Assembly: GCA_035628695.1 (NCBI GenBank)
Contig: DASPJI010000874.1
Location: 1 to 37,098, forward strand
DNA length: 37,098 nt
Origin: Thermoanaerobaculia bacterium
GTDB taxonomy: Bacteria > Acidobacteriota > Thermoanaerobaculia > Multivoradales > UBA5704
Reading direction: 5' to 3'
Program-made: the position numbers and the translations under genes
The notes under the pieces: model-generated
Told to the model about the DNA's origin: nothing
The model's database searches: none
Seen by the model: only the letters and a program-made list of their open reading frames with translations
Shown: piece by piece, positions 1 to 9,853 of the stretch
Position numbering within the stretch: the stretch's first letter is position 1
How the letters are laid out: every line of letters begins with the position of its first letter

Positions 1-275
1 TCCTTCAGCGCTTCTCCCGGCCGGCCGCTCACTATCAGCCAACGCACCCCGGTGTCATGGGCCGCCTCCAGCGTCTCGCGGATCTTCCCGTCGCGCGAAA
101 GCTCGCCGAGGGACAGCCCCTGGGAGCGGGTCCCCTGCTTCTCCAGGAGGGCGCGGAGCAGGGCCGACTTGCCGGCCCCGGGCCAGCCCCAGACCTGCAC
201 CAGCGGCGCCTCCAGAGATTCGAGCCGGCGGAGGAGGCGCTCGGTTTGCGGCAGGAGATAAAGCGGCTCGTCCAT
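1..275 (-). CDS. P-loop NTPase, N-terminal fragment (gene runs off the left edge); AAA_16/STAND-like ATPase module
   Basis: Absent from the ORF track because no stop lies in the window. My translation of the reverse strand from ATG (cat at 273-275) gives MDEPLYLLPQTERLLRRLESLEAPLVQVWGWPGAGKSALLRALLEKQG... The Walker A motif GWPGAGKS sits about 30 aa from the start. Confidence 0.5.
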   Translation of the reverse strand, partial: MDEPLYLLPQTERLLRRLESLEAPLVQVWGWPGAGKSALLRALLEKQGTRSQGLSLGELSRDGKIRETLEAAHDTGVRWLIVSGRPGEALK

Positions 276-370
276 CCTTACAGCATCCCAATGACATCCC
301 AAAAGGAAACGGGGGAGAGGCCGCGAAGCTACCACAGACCGGGGTGACAGCCTACCCGGAGAGGCCTGGC

Positions 371-946
371 CTATCTCCGCAGGAGGGCTTTCAGCTCGCC
401 GGCCGAGACCTCGGAATCATTGGAGGCCCGCTCGGCGAGGCCCGCCGCCAGCACTTGGCGCCACAGGGCAGCGAAGCAGCGCGTAGTGATCTTGCCGATG
501 CTCGACATCCGGTAGCCCAGCTTCTCCGCCACCTCGGGCGCCTCGTACCCCAGACGGAAGCGGAGCCGGAACAGCGACTGGCACTTCGCGGGGAGCCGCT
601 CGATCACCCCCGCCAGGTCCGAGAGCAAGTCGGCCTTCTCCTGCGGCGGATCCACCGGCTGCGACAACCACTCCAGCAGCGTCTCGTCCACCGCCGCGTA
701 GATCCGGCGCCGGCGGGTCCGCCAGTACATCAGGCAGTGGCGGCGCAGGGTCCCCACCAGCCAGGCCTCGGGGTCGCGGACCCGGTCCCATTGATAGAGG
801 AGCGCCAGCAGCGCCTGCTGAAGAAGGTCTTCAGCGTCGCCGCTCGGGACGCGGTACTTGACGAGGATCCGCTTGAGCGTCGGCTCGACCTTCTTCAGGA
901 AGTCGTCGAAGGAGGAGCCTGCCTCTGGGCTTTCCATCCGTTCCAT
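371..946 (-). CDS. RNA polymerase sigma-70 family, ECF-type sigma factor
   Basis: 191-aa ORF. Region-2-like DAEDLLQQALLALLYQWDRV and region-4 HTH-like EVAEKLGYRMSSIGKITTRC. Size is typical of ECF sigmas. An alternative start is ATG at 937. Confidence 0.85.
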   Translation of the reverse strand: MERMESPEAGSSFDDFLKKVEPTLKRILVKYRVPSGDAEDLLQQALLALLYQWDRVRDPEAWLVGTLRRHCLMYWRTRRRRIYAAVDETLLEWLSQPVDPPQEKADLLSDLAGVIERLPAKCQSLFRLRFRLGYEAPEVAEKLGYRMSSIGKITTRCFAALWRQVLAAGLAERASNDSEVSAGELKALLRR

Positions 947-977
947 GAGAGCCGACCACAGGGTAGTCCTCCGTCAA

Positions 978-995
978 AGTAGCAGTTCTGCTACT
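978..995 (-). terminator. 18-bp palindrome AGTAGCAG-TT-CTGCTACT in an AT-richer gap; candidate terminator of the udg operon or operator of the sigma gene
   Basis: Perfect 8+8 inverted repeat seen directly. On the minus strand it is followed by TTT. It lies between the UDG stop (1043) and the sigma start (946). Confidence 0.3.
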
Positions 996-1042
996 GACTG
1001 TCCAGCTTATAGATCCATTGAAAATCAAGAGGATACGAGGGC

Positions 1043-1837
1043 TCAGACGCCTTCGCGCAGGTGGTCCCGGACCTGCTGGAGGTCTTCCCAGGTGGGACGC
1101 TTGAGCGCCGGGTTCCGCAGCAGGGCGGCCGGGTGGTAGGTCACCATGGCCGGCACTCCCTGGATGGTGTACCACCGGCCGCGCATCTGCCCGATGGGAC
1201 TGTCGGTGCCCAACAGCGCCTGCGCCGCGATCCGGCCCAGTGCCACGACCACCCGCGGGCGGACGAGCGCGATCTGCCGCTCCAGGTAGCCGCGGCAGGC
1301 GGCGACCTCGTCTGGCTGGGGGTCGCGGTTGCCGGGCGGCCGGCATTTGACGACATTGGCGATGTAGACCTCGTCACGCGTCATCTCCATGGCCTGGATG
1401 ATGCGGGTCAGCAGCTCCCCCGCCGCGCCGACGAACGGCAGCCCCTGGCGGTCCTCTTCGGCCCCGGGGCCCTCGCCGATGAACATGAGGTCGGCGTTCG
1501 GATTGCCGGAGCCGAAGACCACCTTGTGGCGCCCCTCGGCCAGCCGGCAGCGGGTGCACCCCTCGGTGGACGCCCCCAGGGCCGCGAGGGCGGCGGCGCG
1601 TTCCGGGGCGTCGTCCGCCGCGACAGGAAGTGCGGGCGCGGCGGGCTCCGGGGAGGCCACCTCCGGGGAAGCCATCTCTTGGATGGCGGCCTCCTGGGGG
1701 ATGGCGGCGGGCTCGGGCGCCACCACCGTGGCCACGGGAGCCCTGGGGGCCCGGGGCCGCAGGTAGACGTCCCCGTAACCGATCTCGCCCAGGTAGGCGA
1801 GGAGGTCAGACAACGGGGCGGACGGCGGTGCGCTCAT
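1043..1837 (-). CDS. Uracil-DNA glycosylase, family 4, with a Pro/Ala-rich N-terminal extension
   Basis: CTRCRL...[34 protein letters not shown]...[12 protein letters not shown] are the family-4 UDG motifs (GEGPG, Fe-S cysteines). The start overlaps the coaBC 3' end by 32 nt. Confidence 0.85.
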   Translation of the reverse strand: MSAPPSAPLSDLLAYLGEIGYGDVYLRPRAPRAPVATVVAPEPAAIPQEAAIQEMASPEVASPEPAAPALPVAADDAPERAAALAALGASTEGCTRCRLAEGRHKVVFGSGNPNADLMFIGEGPGAEEDRQGLPFVGAAGELLTRIIQAMEMTRDEVYIANVVKCRPPGNRDPQPDEVAACRGYLERQIALVRPRVVVALGRIAAQALLGTDSPIGQMRGRWYTIQGVPAMVTYHPAALLRNPALKRPTWEDLQQVRDHLREGV

Positions 1838-3020
1838 GGCTGGGAAGAAGGACGGCGAAGAGGTCCAGCAACTGGCCGGCGATGGCCGACTTGGGGCTGC
1901 GCGGCACGAAGAGGGGCGGGCCCTCGCGACGGAACACTGTCACCTCGTTGGCCTCGCTGCCGAAGGCGATGTCGGGGCGCGAGACGTCGTTGGCCACCAG
2001 GAAGTCCACCCCCTTCGCTTCCATCTTGCGGCGGGCGTTGGCCTCCAGGTCGTCGGTCTCGGCGGCGAAGCCGACGCGCACCGCGTCCGGGGCGACCGCC
2101 ACGAGCCCGGCCAGGATATCGGGGTTCTCCTCCAGCTCGATGGCGGCGAGGCCCTGGGTCTTCTTGATCTTACGGGCGGCGGGGCGGCTCGGCCGGTAGT
2201 CGGCGACCGCGGCGGACATGATCACCAGGTCGGCCTCGGGCGCGTGCTCGCGGACCGCGCGCTCCATCTCCCGCGCCGTGGTGACGTCGATCCGCCGCAC
2301 CCCGGGAGGCGTGGCGAGCGCCACCGGCCCCGCGACCAGCACCACGCGGGCGCCGCGCCGCGCCGCTTCGGCGGCCAGGGCGAAGCCCATCTTGCCGCTC
2401 GACCGGTTGCCCAGGAAGCGCACCGGGTCCACCGGCTCATGAGTGGGGCCGGCGGTCACCAGCACCGTCCGCCCGGCGAGCGGCCCGCGGCCGGCGACCG
2501 CCTCGACGGCCTCGACGATGGCGTCGGGGTCGGCCATCCGGCCCATCCCCACCTCTCCCGAGGCGAGGGGGCCCTCCACCGGCCCGGCGAACCAGACGCC
2601 GCGGCGGCGCAGCGTGTCCACGTGCTCCTGGACGGCGGGCTGGCTCCACATGACGGAGTGCATGGCGGGAGCGGCCACCACGGGGCCGGCGAAGGCCAGG
2701 GCCGTGGTGGTGAGGAAGTCGTCGGCGAGGCCGAGGGCCAGACGGCCGAGGACGTGGGCCGTGGCCGGCGCGACGCACAGCACCTCCGCCCAGGCGGCGG
2801 CGGTGATGTGCGCCTCCTCGCCGGAGCCGGTCGGCTCCAGGTACTCCTCCTGGTGGACGGCGTGGCCGGAGAGGACCTCGAGGGTCAGCGGCGTGACGAA
2901 GGAGGCGGCGCTACGCGTCAGCGCGCAGCGCACGTCGTGGCCGCGCGCCCGCAGGCGCCGGACCAGCTCCGCGGCCTTGTAGGCCGCAATGCCGCCGCTG
3001 ACGCCGAGCAGGACGCGCAC
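1806..3020 (-). CDS. coaBC: Bifunctional phosphopantothenoylcysteine decarboxylase / phosphopantothenate-cysteine ligase
   Basis: [14 protein letters not shown] (flavoprotein CoaC N-terminus) and [25 protein letters not shown] (CoaB). I trimmed the 458-aa track ORF to the GTG at 3020, because its Arg/Pro-rich N-terminus overlaps rpoZ. GTG lies 8 nt after the rpoZ stop. Confidence 0.9.
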   Translation of the reverse strand: MRVLLGVSGGIAAYKAAELVRRLRARGHDVRCALTRSAASFVTPLTLEVLSGHAVHQEEYLEPTGSGEEAHITAAAWAEVLCVAPATAHVLGRLALGLADDFLTTTALAFAGPVVAAPAMHSVMWSQPAVQEHVDTLRRRGVWFAGPVEGPLASGEVGMGRMADPDAIVEAVEAVAGRGPLAGRTVLVTAGPTHEPVDPVRFLGNRSSGKMGFALAAEAARRGARVVLVAGPVALATPPGVRRIDVTTAREMERAVREHAPEADLVIMSAAVADYRPSRPAARKIKKTQGLAAIELEENPDILAGLVAVAPDAVRVGFAAETDDLEANARRKMEAKGVDFLVANDVSRPDIAFGSEANEVTVFRREGPPLFVPRSPKSAIAGQLLDLFAVLLPSHERTAVRPVV

Positions 3021-3027
3021 GGGCGGC

Positions 3028-3297
3028 TCAGTGGACCTCGGCGGCGGCGGTCTCGCCCTCCGCCTCGGCGGTCTCCTTCGGCGGCGGCGGGCCGTAGCCC
3101 CAGTCGACCGCCTTCTGGTGGATCTCTTCCATGGCGACGGTGGTGGATTTGCGCTTGCCGGCCTCGACCTTGGCCCGGGCACCGCGCATGAGCTGCTCGG
3201 CGCGGCTCGCGGCCACGAGGACGAGACGGAACTTGCTGTCGACGGTCGGCGGAGTCTTGGGTTCCATGTTCAAACAGTCTCCTCGGGGAGCGGACAT
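3028..3297 (-). CDS. rpoZ: DNA-directed RNA polymerase subunit omega
   Basis: ...GDCLNMEPKTPPTVDSKFRLVLVAASRAEQLMRGA matches the omega core (xDCL...NRFxLVxxAAxRARQL). Start is ambiguous: GTG 3306, ATG 3297 or ATG 3267. Confidence 0.8.
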   Translation of the reverse strand: MSAPRGDCLNMEPKTPPTVDSKFRLVLVAASRAEQLMRGARAKVEAGKRKSTTVAMEEIHQKAVDWGYGPPPPKETAEAEGETAAAEVH

Positions 3298-3323
3298 CGC
3301 CGCCACCCTGGATGGCAGAAGGT

Positions 3324-3995
3324 CTAGGCCTGGGAGGCCGGAGCCCGTTCTTGAAAGTCTAGGAGGATGGCCTGGATCCGGGGAAGCATGCGATCACGGC
3401 GATGGCGCTTCTCCAGGATGATGGCCGCCAGGACGTCGCTCGCACGGCGGGCATCGTCATTGATGATAACATACCGGTACTGCTCGAAACGACGCACCTC
3501 CCGCAGCGACACCGCGAGACGGCGGGCGATCGTCTGCTCGTCGTCCTGGGCCCGCCGGCGCAGGCGGCTCTCCAGATCCTCGTAGCTCGGGGGCATGACG
3601 AAGATGCCGTGCGCCTCCGGATGCCGGTGGAGCACCCGCTCGGCCCCCTGGACGTCGATGTCCAGAAGCACGTCGGTCCCTTTCGCCAGCCGCGGGAAGA
3701 CCTCGTCGTTGGCCGTGCCGTAGAAGTTGCCGTGCACCTCGGCCCACTCGAGGAAGCGGCCTGCGTCGATCATGCCGCGGAAGGTGGCATGGTCGACGAA
3801 GTGATAGTCCCGGCCGTCGATCTCGGCGCCGCGCGGCGCGCGGGTGGTGTAGCTCACCGAGAACGCCAGATCGCCCAGGCCGGCGAAGCTCCCCTGCTTC
3901 AGACCCTGGATCAGGCTCTGGATGAGCGTCGTCTTGCCCGCGCCGGAGGGGGCGGAGAGGATGAAGAGCTCGCCGGCTGAGGTCATTGTGCTCAA
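3324..3995 (-). CDS. gmk: Guanylate kinase
   Basis: P-loop ILSAPSGAGKTT, SVSYTTRAPRGAEIDGRDYHFV, and conserved placement next to rpoZ and yicC. Confidence 0.9.
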   Translation of the reverse strand: MSTMTSAGELFILSAPSGAGKTTLIQSLIQGLKQGSFAGLGDLAFSVSYTTRAPRGAEIDGRDYHFVDHATFRGMIDAGRFLEWAEVHGNFYGTANDEVFPRLAKGTDVLLDIDVQGAERVLHRHPEAHGIFVMPPSYEDLESRLRRRAQDDEQTIARRLAVSLREVRRFEQYRYVIINDDARRASDVLAAIILEKRHRRDRMLPRIQAILLDFQERAPASQA

Positions 3996-4012
3996 GGAGC
4001 CCCGATTCTATC

Positions 4013-4891
4013 TCACTCGACGTTCTGGACCTGCTCGCGGATCTGCTCGCAGAGCACTTTGGCGTCCAGCACGGCACGGGTCATCTCGGCGTTGCGGCAC
4101 TTGGCCCCGAGGGTGTTGAGCTCCCGGAACACCTCCTGGGTGAGGAAGTCCAGGCGCTTGCCCGTAGGGCCCGGCTCCGCGGCCACGGACCGGAAGTGCT
4201 CCAGGTGGGAGCGCAGGCGGTCGATCTCCTCGCTGACGTCGCTACGGTCGATCAGCAGAGCGATCTCCTGGGCCACACGCGCCTCGTCGACGGCACGGCC
4301 GTCGAGCAGCTCGCCGACGCGGCGCCGGAAGGTGGCCGCCATCTCCTCGCGCACCGGGCCGCGCAGCTCGTCGAGCCGCGCCACGATCTCCGCCAGGCCG
4401 CGCAGGCGCTCCTCCATGGCCGCCGCCAGGCTCGCCCCCTCGAGCAGGCGGCCGGAGACAAGCTGGGAGACGGCGTCCCTCACCACCTTGAGCAGCAGCT
4501 CGTGATCCGCCTCGTCCCACTCCTCCGCCTCGACGTCGACGCGGAACGCCTCCGGGATGCGCAGCAGGTCGCCGGCGCCCAGGCCGCGCTCGATCAGCCC
4601 CTCCTCGACCAGCCGGTGGGTGGCGGCGTGGGCGGCGCGGGCGATCCCGAGATGGAACTCCACCGTCGCATGGCGCTCGGCGCGCGGCCGGGCGTCGATC
4701 CGCACCTCGACGCGGCCACGCGAGAGCTCCCGTCCGAGCAGCTCCCGCACCGCCGACTCGCTCGACCGGATCTCGTCGCCGATCCGGAGCGCCAGGTCGA
4801 GGAACCGGTGGTTGACCGCCTTGAGGCTCACCGACACGATGTGCCGCGCGTTCTCGGCCGAGGCCTCGCCATACCCTGTCATACTGCGCAT
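4013..4891 (-). CDS. yicC: YicC family stress-induced protein / endoribonuclease
   Basis: N-terminal MRSMTGYG and C-terminal KRLDFLTQEVFRELNTLGAK are YicC hallmarks. 292 aa. Confidence 0.85.
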   Translation of the reverse strand: MRSMTGYGEASAENARHIVSVSLKAVNHRFLDLALRIGDEIRSSESAVRELLGRELSRGRVEVRIDARPRAERHATVEFHLGIARAAHAATHRLVEEGLIERGLGAGDLLRIPEAFRVDVEAEEWDEADHELLLKVVRDAVSQLVSGRLLEGASLAAAMEERLRGLAEIVARLDELRGPVREEMAATFRRRVGELLDGRAVDEARVAQEIALLIDRSDVSEEIDRLRSHLEHFRSVAAEPGPTGKRLDFLTQEVFRELNTLGAKCRNAEMTRAVLDAKVLCEQIREQVQNVE

Positions 4892-4904
4892 CGAATCCCC
4901 CTGT

Positions 4905-5558
4905 TCATTCAGATCCTCCCCCCGACCGCCCGGCCAGCCGCTCGGCCTCGGCCTCGGCGGCGTCCAGGCGGCGCTTGAGCTCCGCGGCGGCCGCGGCCGG
5001 ATCGGCCCGGCGCTCCACGTACAGCGGCTCGCCGTAGACGTAGTGCACGGTGGAAAACGGCAGCGGCACCACCATGCGGTCCCAGGAGCCCAGGCGCCGG
5101 GCCCGGGTCGCCGCCAGCGCCGCCGGCTGGATCGGGAACCCGGACATCGCCGCGGCGATGATCACCCCCTGCTGCACCTCCCCTGCCGGCCCGCGCGGCC
5201 CGTCCGGCGTGAAGCCCAGGTCCGAGCCCTCCGCCGCCATGCGCAGCAGCCCGCGCAGCCCCGCCGCGCCGCCCCGGGTGGTGGAGCCGCGGCAGGTGTC
5301 GATCCCCAGGCGGGCGAGGGTGCGGACCATGATCTCGCCGTCCCGGCTGTGGCTCGACAGCACCGTCATCCGGCGCCCCCGGTAGCCGTACGGCATCAGC
5401 AGCATGTGGCGGTGCCAGAACGCCAGGATGAAGTGCTCGCCCCGCTGCTCCCACTGGCGCACCAGCTCGTCGCCGTGATAGCGCCGCCGGACGCTCGCCG
5501 CCAGGCCGCGGATGAACCCCGCGCCCAGCAGGGAGAGGATGGCGATATCCCTGCTCAC
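4905..5558 (-). CDS. DUF374 / lysophospholipid acyltransferase-like protein
   Basis: Only the C-terminal 217 aa of the 866-aa track ORF look protein-like (FILAFWHRHMLLMPYGY...LSSHSRDGEIM...GFTPDGPRGP). A GTG at 5558 overlaps the msbA stop as GTGA. DUF374 genes are commonly linked to lipid A genes. Confidence 0.7.
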   Translation of the reverse strand: MSRDIAILSLLGAGFIRGLAASVRRRYHGDELVRQWEQRGEHFILAFWHRHMLLMPYGYRGRRMTVLSSHSRDGEIMVRTLARLGIDTCRGSTTRGGAAGLRGLLRMAAEGSDLGFTPDGPRGPAGEVQQGVIIAAAMSGFPIQPAALAATRARRLGSWDRMVVPLPFSTVHYVYGEPLYVERRADPAAAAAELKRRLDAAEAEAERLAGRSGGGSE

Positions 5559-7468
5559 ACCCGGAACTGCAGATCGTGGAGCCGCTTGTAGGAGCCGCCC
5601 AGAGCCATGAGCTGTTCGTGGGAGCCCTCCTCGACGATGCGCCCCGCCTCCATCACCGCGATGCGGTCGGCGCGCTGCACGGTCGAGAGGCGGTGGGCGA
5701 TGACCAGCGTCGTGCGCCCCTGCATCAGGTTGTAGAGCGCCTTCTGGACCAGCGCCTCGGACTGGCTGTCGAGGTGGGAGGTGGCCTCGTCGAGGATCAG
5801 GATGGGGGCGTTCTTGAGCAGCGCCCGGGCGATCGCCAGGCGCTGCCGCTGGCCGCCGGACAGCCGCACGCCCGACTCGCCGATCACCGTCTCGTACCCC
5901 TGCGGGAGCTGCATGATGAACTCGTCCGCGTACGCCGCCGCCGCGGCCTCGCGCACCCGCTCCAGCGGCAGGTCGGAGCGCCCGTAGGCGATGTTGTTGC
6001 GGATCGTGTCGTTGAACAGCACCGTGTCCTGGGTGACCATGCCGATCAGCGACCGCAGGCTTTTGAGCTCCAGGTCCCGGATGTCGGTGCCGTCGAGCGC
6101 GATCCGACCTGTGTCGGGGTCGAAGAAGCGCGGCAGCAGGTTGACCATGGTCGACTTGCCGGCGCCCGAGGGGCCCACCAGGGCCACGATCTCGCCGGCG
6201 CGGACGGCGAGGTCCACGTCCCACAGCGCCGGCCGGTCCTCGTAGGCGAAGGAGACGCGCTCGAAGGCGATCCCCTTCTCCACCCGCTCCACCGTCCGCG
6301 CGCCGGGCCGCTGCTCGATGTCGTTGGGGAGCTCCAGGAGGCGGCTCACCCGCTGCCCCGCCGCCGAGGCCTCCTGCAGGATCAGGTTGACCTTGTTCAG
6401 CTTGCGGATCGGGTCGTAGAGCATGTAGAGGGTGAAAAGGAACTGCACGAGCTGCGTCGGCGTCAGCTCCCCGGCGCGGATGCTCTTCCCGGCGTAGATC
6501 AGCAGCGCCGCCGCGCCGAACGCCGCCAGCGACTCGACCACCGGCCCGGAAGCGTGGGTGAGCATCTGCGCCCAGAGGTTGACCCGCAGGTGGCGGCGCG
6601 TCGCCTCGCGGAAGCGGCCGTACTCGAACTCCTCCATGCCGAACGCCTTGACCACGCGGTGGCCGCGGATCCCCTCGGCCATCAGGCTCGCCAGGTCGGC
6701 CATGCGCTCCTGGCTGCGGTGGCTGGTGCGGCGCATCCCCTTGCCGAAGCGGACGATGGGATAGACCAGGACCGGCGCCACCACCAGGGAGATGACCGCG
6801 AGCCGGAAATGGGTGGAGAGCAGCAGGCCGAGCAGGAAGAGAAGGGTGATCGACTGCTGGAAGAGGTCGAGCAGGCGGTTCGACACCGCGTTCTGCATCA
6901 CCGCCACGTCGTTGATGATGCGCGCCACCAGCTCCCCGGACGGGTGCTCGGCGTGGAAGCGGCTCGACTGGCCGAGGATGTGCCAGTAGAGGTCGTTGCG
7001 GATGTCGGTCGTCACCCCCAGGCCGATGTGCTGGAAGGCGTAGCCGGACAGGAAGTCGGCCAGGCTGCGGATCAGGATGACGAGGACGAAGAGCAGGGGG
7101 ACGAAGAAGACCACCTCGTCCGGCCCCACCCCCAGCCGGCGCTTGAGCGATTCGTAGCTGTCGTCGATCTGGTCGGCGACGTCGAAGCGCTTCTTGAGGT
7201 CGTCGAGGAAGGCCGGCTCCCCCGGCGGCCTGGCCGCATCTCCTGCGGCCGCCGCGTCTCCGGCGCTGTCCCCCGAGCCCGGCGAGCCGACGATCCCTCC
7301 CAGCCCGGGCAGCTGGTCGCCGTACTGGAGCACCTCGCCGAAGATCGGGCCGATGAGGAAGCTCAGCCCCGCCATGGTCCCGGCATAGACCACCATCGCC
7401 AGGGCGGCGAGCATCGCCCAGCCCACGTAGCGCCGGATGTAGTGCCAGAAGAAGGCCCGGATGCTCAC
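5555..7468 (-). CDS. msbA: ABC transporter permease/ATPase, lipid A flippase type
   Basis: N-terminal 6-TM exporter domain. Walker A GPSGAGKST, signature LSGGQRQR, Walker B ILILDEATS. Sits between lpxB and DUF374. Confidence 0.85.
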   Translation of the reverse strand: MSIRAFFWHYIRRYVGWAMLAALAMVVYAGTMAGLSFLIGPIFGEVLQYGDQLPGLGGIVGSPGSGDSAGDAAAAGDAARPPGEPAFLDDLKKRFDVADQIDDSYESLKRRLGVGPDEVVFFVPLLFVLVILIRSLADFLSGYAFQHIGLGVTTDIRNDLYWHILGQSSRFHAEHPSGELVARIINDVAVMQNAVSNRLLDLFQQSITLLFLLGLLLSTHFRLAVISLVVAPVLVYPIVRFGKGMRRTSHRSQERMADLASLMAEGIRGHRVVKAFGMEEFEYGRFREATRRHLRVNLWAQMLTHASGPVVESLAAFGAAALLIYAGKSIRAGELTPTQLVQFLFTLYMLYDPIRKLNKVNLILQEASAAGQRVSRLLELPNDIEQRPGARTVERVEKGIAFERVSFAYEDRPALWDVDLAVRAGEIVALVGPSGAGKSTMVNLLPRFFDPDTGRIALDGTDIRDLELKSLRSLIGMVTQDTVLFNDTIRNNIAYGRSDLPLERVREAAAAAYADEFIMQLPQGYETVIGESGVRLSGGQRQRLAIARALLKNAPILILDEATSHLDSQSEALVQKALYNLMQGRTTLVIAHRLSTVQRADRIAVMEAGRIVEEGSHEQLMALGGSYKRLHDLQFRV

Positions 7469-8685
7469 GCCCGCACCCCCTCCGCCGCTTCCCTCGCTCC
7501 GGCATCCACCGGCTCCCCGGAGAAGCCGAGGAAGGCCGCGACCTCCCGCGCCGCCCGGGCGCTGGCGCCCCCCTCGCCCAGGCGGCCGCGCAGCTCGGCC
7601 AGGCCGGCGCGCACCTCCTCGCGCGGGGCGGTCTCGGTCAGCAGGCGGCGGGCCTCGTCGGCGATGCGGTCCGGCTGCGCCGCGCCCTGGAGCAGCTCCG
7701 GCACCACCTGCCGGCCGAGCACCAGGTTCACCAGGCTGTAGTGCGGCAGCCGCACCAGCATCCGCGCCAGCACATAGGTGCCGGTGGCGAGACGATAGAG
7801 CACGACCATGGGGGTCCCGAGGAGCCCGACCTCGAGCGTCGCGGTGCCGGAAGCGCAGAGGGCCAGGTGGGAGCCGGCGATCGCGTCGAAGCGGTCGCGC
7901 GCGATGATCTCCACGCGCTCCACCGGCAGGCCGGCGGCCACGATCTTCTCCTCCAGCAGCTCGCGCGGTACGGACGGTGCCTGGATCAGGCTCACCTGCA
8001 CCGGCAGCTCGAGGGCGATGCGGCGCACCGCCTCCAGCATGGTGGGCAGCAGCGCCTCGATCTCACTGCGCCGCGACCCGGGGAGGAGCGCCAGGCGGAA
8101 CGGCCCCTCCGGCTCCCCCTCCTCCCAGACCTGGGGGAGGCGCGGCACCTCGTCGACCAGCGGATGGCCGACGTGGACCACGTTCACCCCGTGCCCCTGG
8201 TAGAAGGAGGTCTCGAACGGGAAGAGCACCAGCATGCGGTCGACGACCTTGGCGATGGTCTTGACCCGGCCGCGGCGCCAGGCCCAGACCTGGGGGCTGA
8301 TGTAGTAGACCACCGGCACCCCGCGCCGGCGCAGCTCCTTGGCGAGCCGCAGGTTGAAGTCGGGGAAGTCGACGAGCACCGCAGCGCGCGGGCGCCGCCG
8401 GTCCACCTGGCGGAGGATCTCGGCGAAGATCTGCCGCGCCCGGGGGAGGATCTTGAGCACTTCGGTGATCCCCACCACCGAGATCTCGGCGCTGTGCGCC
8501 ACGGCATCGAGGCCGGCCGCCATCAGCTCGTCGCCTCCCAGGCCGAACGTGGAGAGCCCCGGCACCCGGCGGCGCAGCTCGGAAACGAGCCGCGCCGCGT
8601 GGAGGTCCCCGGATGCCTCGCCCGCCACGACCAGGAGGTCGACCCGGAGGTCTGGAGACCTCTCCCCGCCCACCATCGAGGTCAT
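7465..8685 (-). CDS. lpxB: Lipid-A-disaccharide synthase
   Basis: LLVVAGEASGDLHAARL N-terminus plus GT19-like body. ATGA overlap with the msbA start. Confidence 0.9.
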   Translation of the reverse strand: MTSMVGGERSPDLRVDLLVVAGEASGDLHAARLVSELRRRVPGLSTFGLGGDELMAAGLDAVAHSAEISVVGITEVLKILPRARQIFAEILRQVDRRRPRAAVLVDFPDFNLRLAKELRRRGVPVVYYISPQVWAWRRGRVKTIAKVVDRMLVLFPFETSFYQGHGVNVVHVGHPLVDEVPRLPQVWEEGEPEGPFRLALLPGSRRSEIEALLPTMLEAVRRIALELPVQVSLIQAPSVPRELLEEKIVAAGLPVERVEIIARDRFDAIAGSHLALCASGTATLEVGLLGTPMVVLYRLATGTYVLARMLVRLPHYSLVNLVLGRQVVPELLQGAAQPDRIADEARRLLTETAPREEVRAGLAELRGRLGEGGASARAAREVAAFLGFSGEPVDAGAREAAEGVRA

Positions 8686-8876
8686 GGAATGGGCGCGGGC
8701 GGTCCCGGCGGGAACGGGTACATCAACCAGGCCACCAGCAGGCCGCCGGCCACCATCCCCAGGAAGAGCTGCAGGAAGAGCCGGGTCTGCTCCTTGCGCT
8801 CGCGCCGCCAGAGCAGGGTGAAGAACAGGCTCACCACCAGGGCGTACAGGACCATCAGGAAGAAGTGGCTGAGCAT
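8682..8876 (-). CDS. Small two-TM membrane protein, unknown function
   Basis: 64 aa with two hydrophobic helices separated by WRRERKEQ. ATGA overlap with lpxB suggests translational coupling. Confidence 0.5.
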   Translation of the reverse strand: MLSHFFLMVLYALVVSLFFTLLWRRERKEQTRLFLQLFLGMVAGGLLVAWLMYPFPPGPPAPIP

Positions 8877-8880
8877 GGGG

Positions 8881-9294
8881 TCAATCCTTCTTGCCGCGTC
8901 CGATGTCCCAGGCGTCGAGCACCAGGAGCAGGTTCATGAGGCCCGCCGTCAGCAGGAAGGAGGTGCCGTACTCGTAGCCCGGCCCGACGATGCTGCCGGC
9001 GTAGCCCATGCCGTAGCGCAGGAGGAAGTAGGGGATCCCCATGCCCATCGAGCCGAGCGTGGCGAGGAGGGTCAGCGGCTGGTTGGGCAGCACGCGGTAG
9101 AGGTTCCCCTGCAGGCTGCAGCCCACCACGATGGAGACCAGCACCAGCAGGAAAAAGACGACGCCTCGCTGCCAGCGCCGGAGGATGACGTGCCCCAGGC
9201 CGGGGACCAGCCAGGCCGCCACCGCCGCCACGAGGGCGCTGCCCACGCCGGCGGCCGCCGTGGTCTGCGGGGCGGAGGTGCTACCGGGTTCCAC
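8881..9294 (-). CDS. Integral membrane protein, unknown function
   Basis: 137 aa with several TM segments and a PGLGHVILRRWQRG motif. GTG start abuts the HIT stop (9295). Confidence 0.6.
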   Translation of the reverse strand: MEPGSTSAPQTTAAAGVGSALVAAVAAWLVPGLGHVILRRWQRGVVFFLLVLVSIVVGCSLQGNLYRVLPNQPLTLLATLGSMGMGIPYFLLRYGMGYAGSIVGPGYEYGTSFLLTAGLMNLLLVLDAWDIGRGKKD

Positions 9295-9804
9295 TCAGGA
9301 CTCCTTCCGGGCGAACAGCGCCCGCAGGCGATCGCGTGCCTGGCGCAGGTCCTCCGGGACGACCCGGACGTCCGCCAGGACGGTCATGAAGTTGGTATCC
9401 CCCTTCCAGCGGGGGACGAGATGGAAATGGAAGTGCCCGGGCACTCCGGCGCCGGCCGGCGCGCCGAGGTTCATGCCCAGGTTGAAGCCGTGCGGCTGAT
9501 AGGCGGCCGCGAGCACGCGCTGCGTCTCGAGCACCAGCGGCCAGAACTCCTGGCGCGCCTCCTCGCCGCTGTCGAGCGGCGAGGCGAGGTGCTCGAGCGG
9601 CGCCACCATCAGGTGGCCGCTGGCGTACGGATGGAGGTTCAGCATGACCAGATGGTGCCGGGCGGTATGCACCACCAGCCCCTCGGGGTCGTCCGGCCGC
9701 TTGGCGGCGGCGCAGAAGAAGCACGCGGGGGCATCCGGCGTCTCGTCGGGGGGCTTATGGGAGGTGATGTACGCGTGCCTCCACGGTGCGAACAGGGTTT
9801 CCAT
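9295..9804 (-). CDS. HIT family (histidine triad) nucleotide hydrolase/transferase
   Basis: Histidine triad GHFHFHLVPRWKGD. Confidence 0.85.
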   Translation of the reverse strand: METLFAPWRHAYITSHKPPDETPDAPACFFCAAAKRPDDPEGLVVHTARHHLVMLNLHPYASGHLMVAPLEHLASPLDSGEEARQEFWPLVLETQRVLAAAYQPHGFNLGMNLGAPAGAGVPGHFHFHLVPRWKGDTNFMTVLADVRVVPEDLRQARDRLRALFARKES

Positions 9805-9853
9805 CGCGATCGGCAGACAAGGAGAGCGGGCGGCGGCTCCGGAGAGCCGCCGG

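Noticed and set aside
4905-7505. 866-aa ORF taken at face value
   Set aside because: Its first ~650 aa are Arg/Pro/Gly-rich and lie out of frame over msbA. Only the C-terminal DUF374 part (from GTG 5558) is credible.
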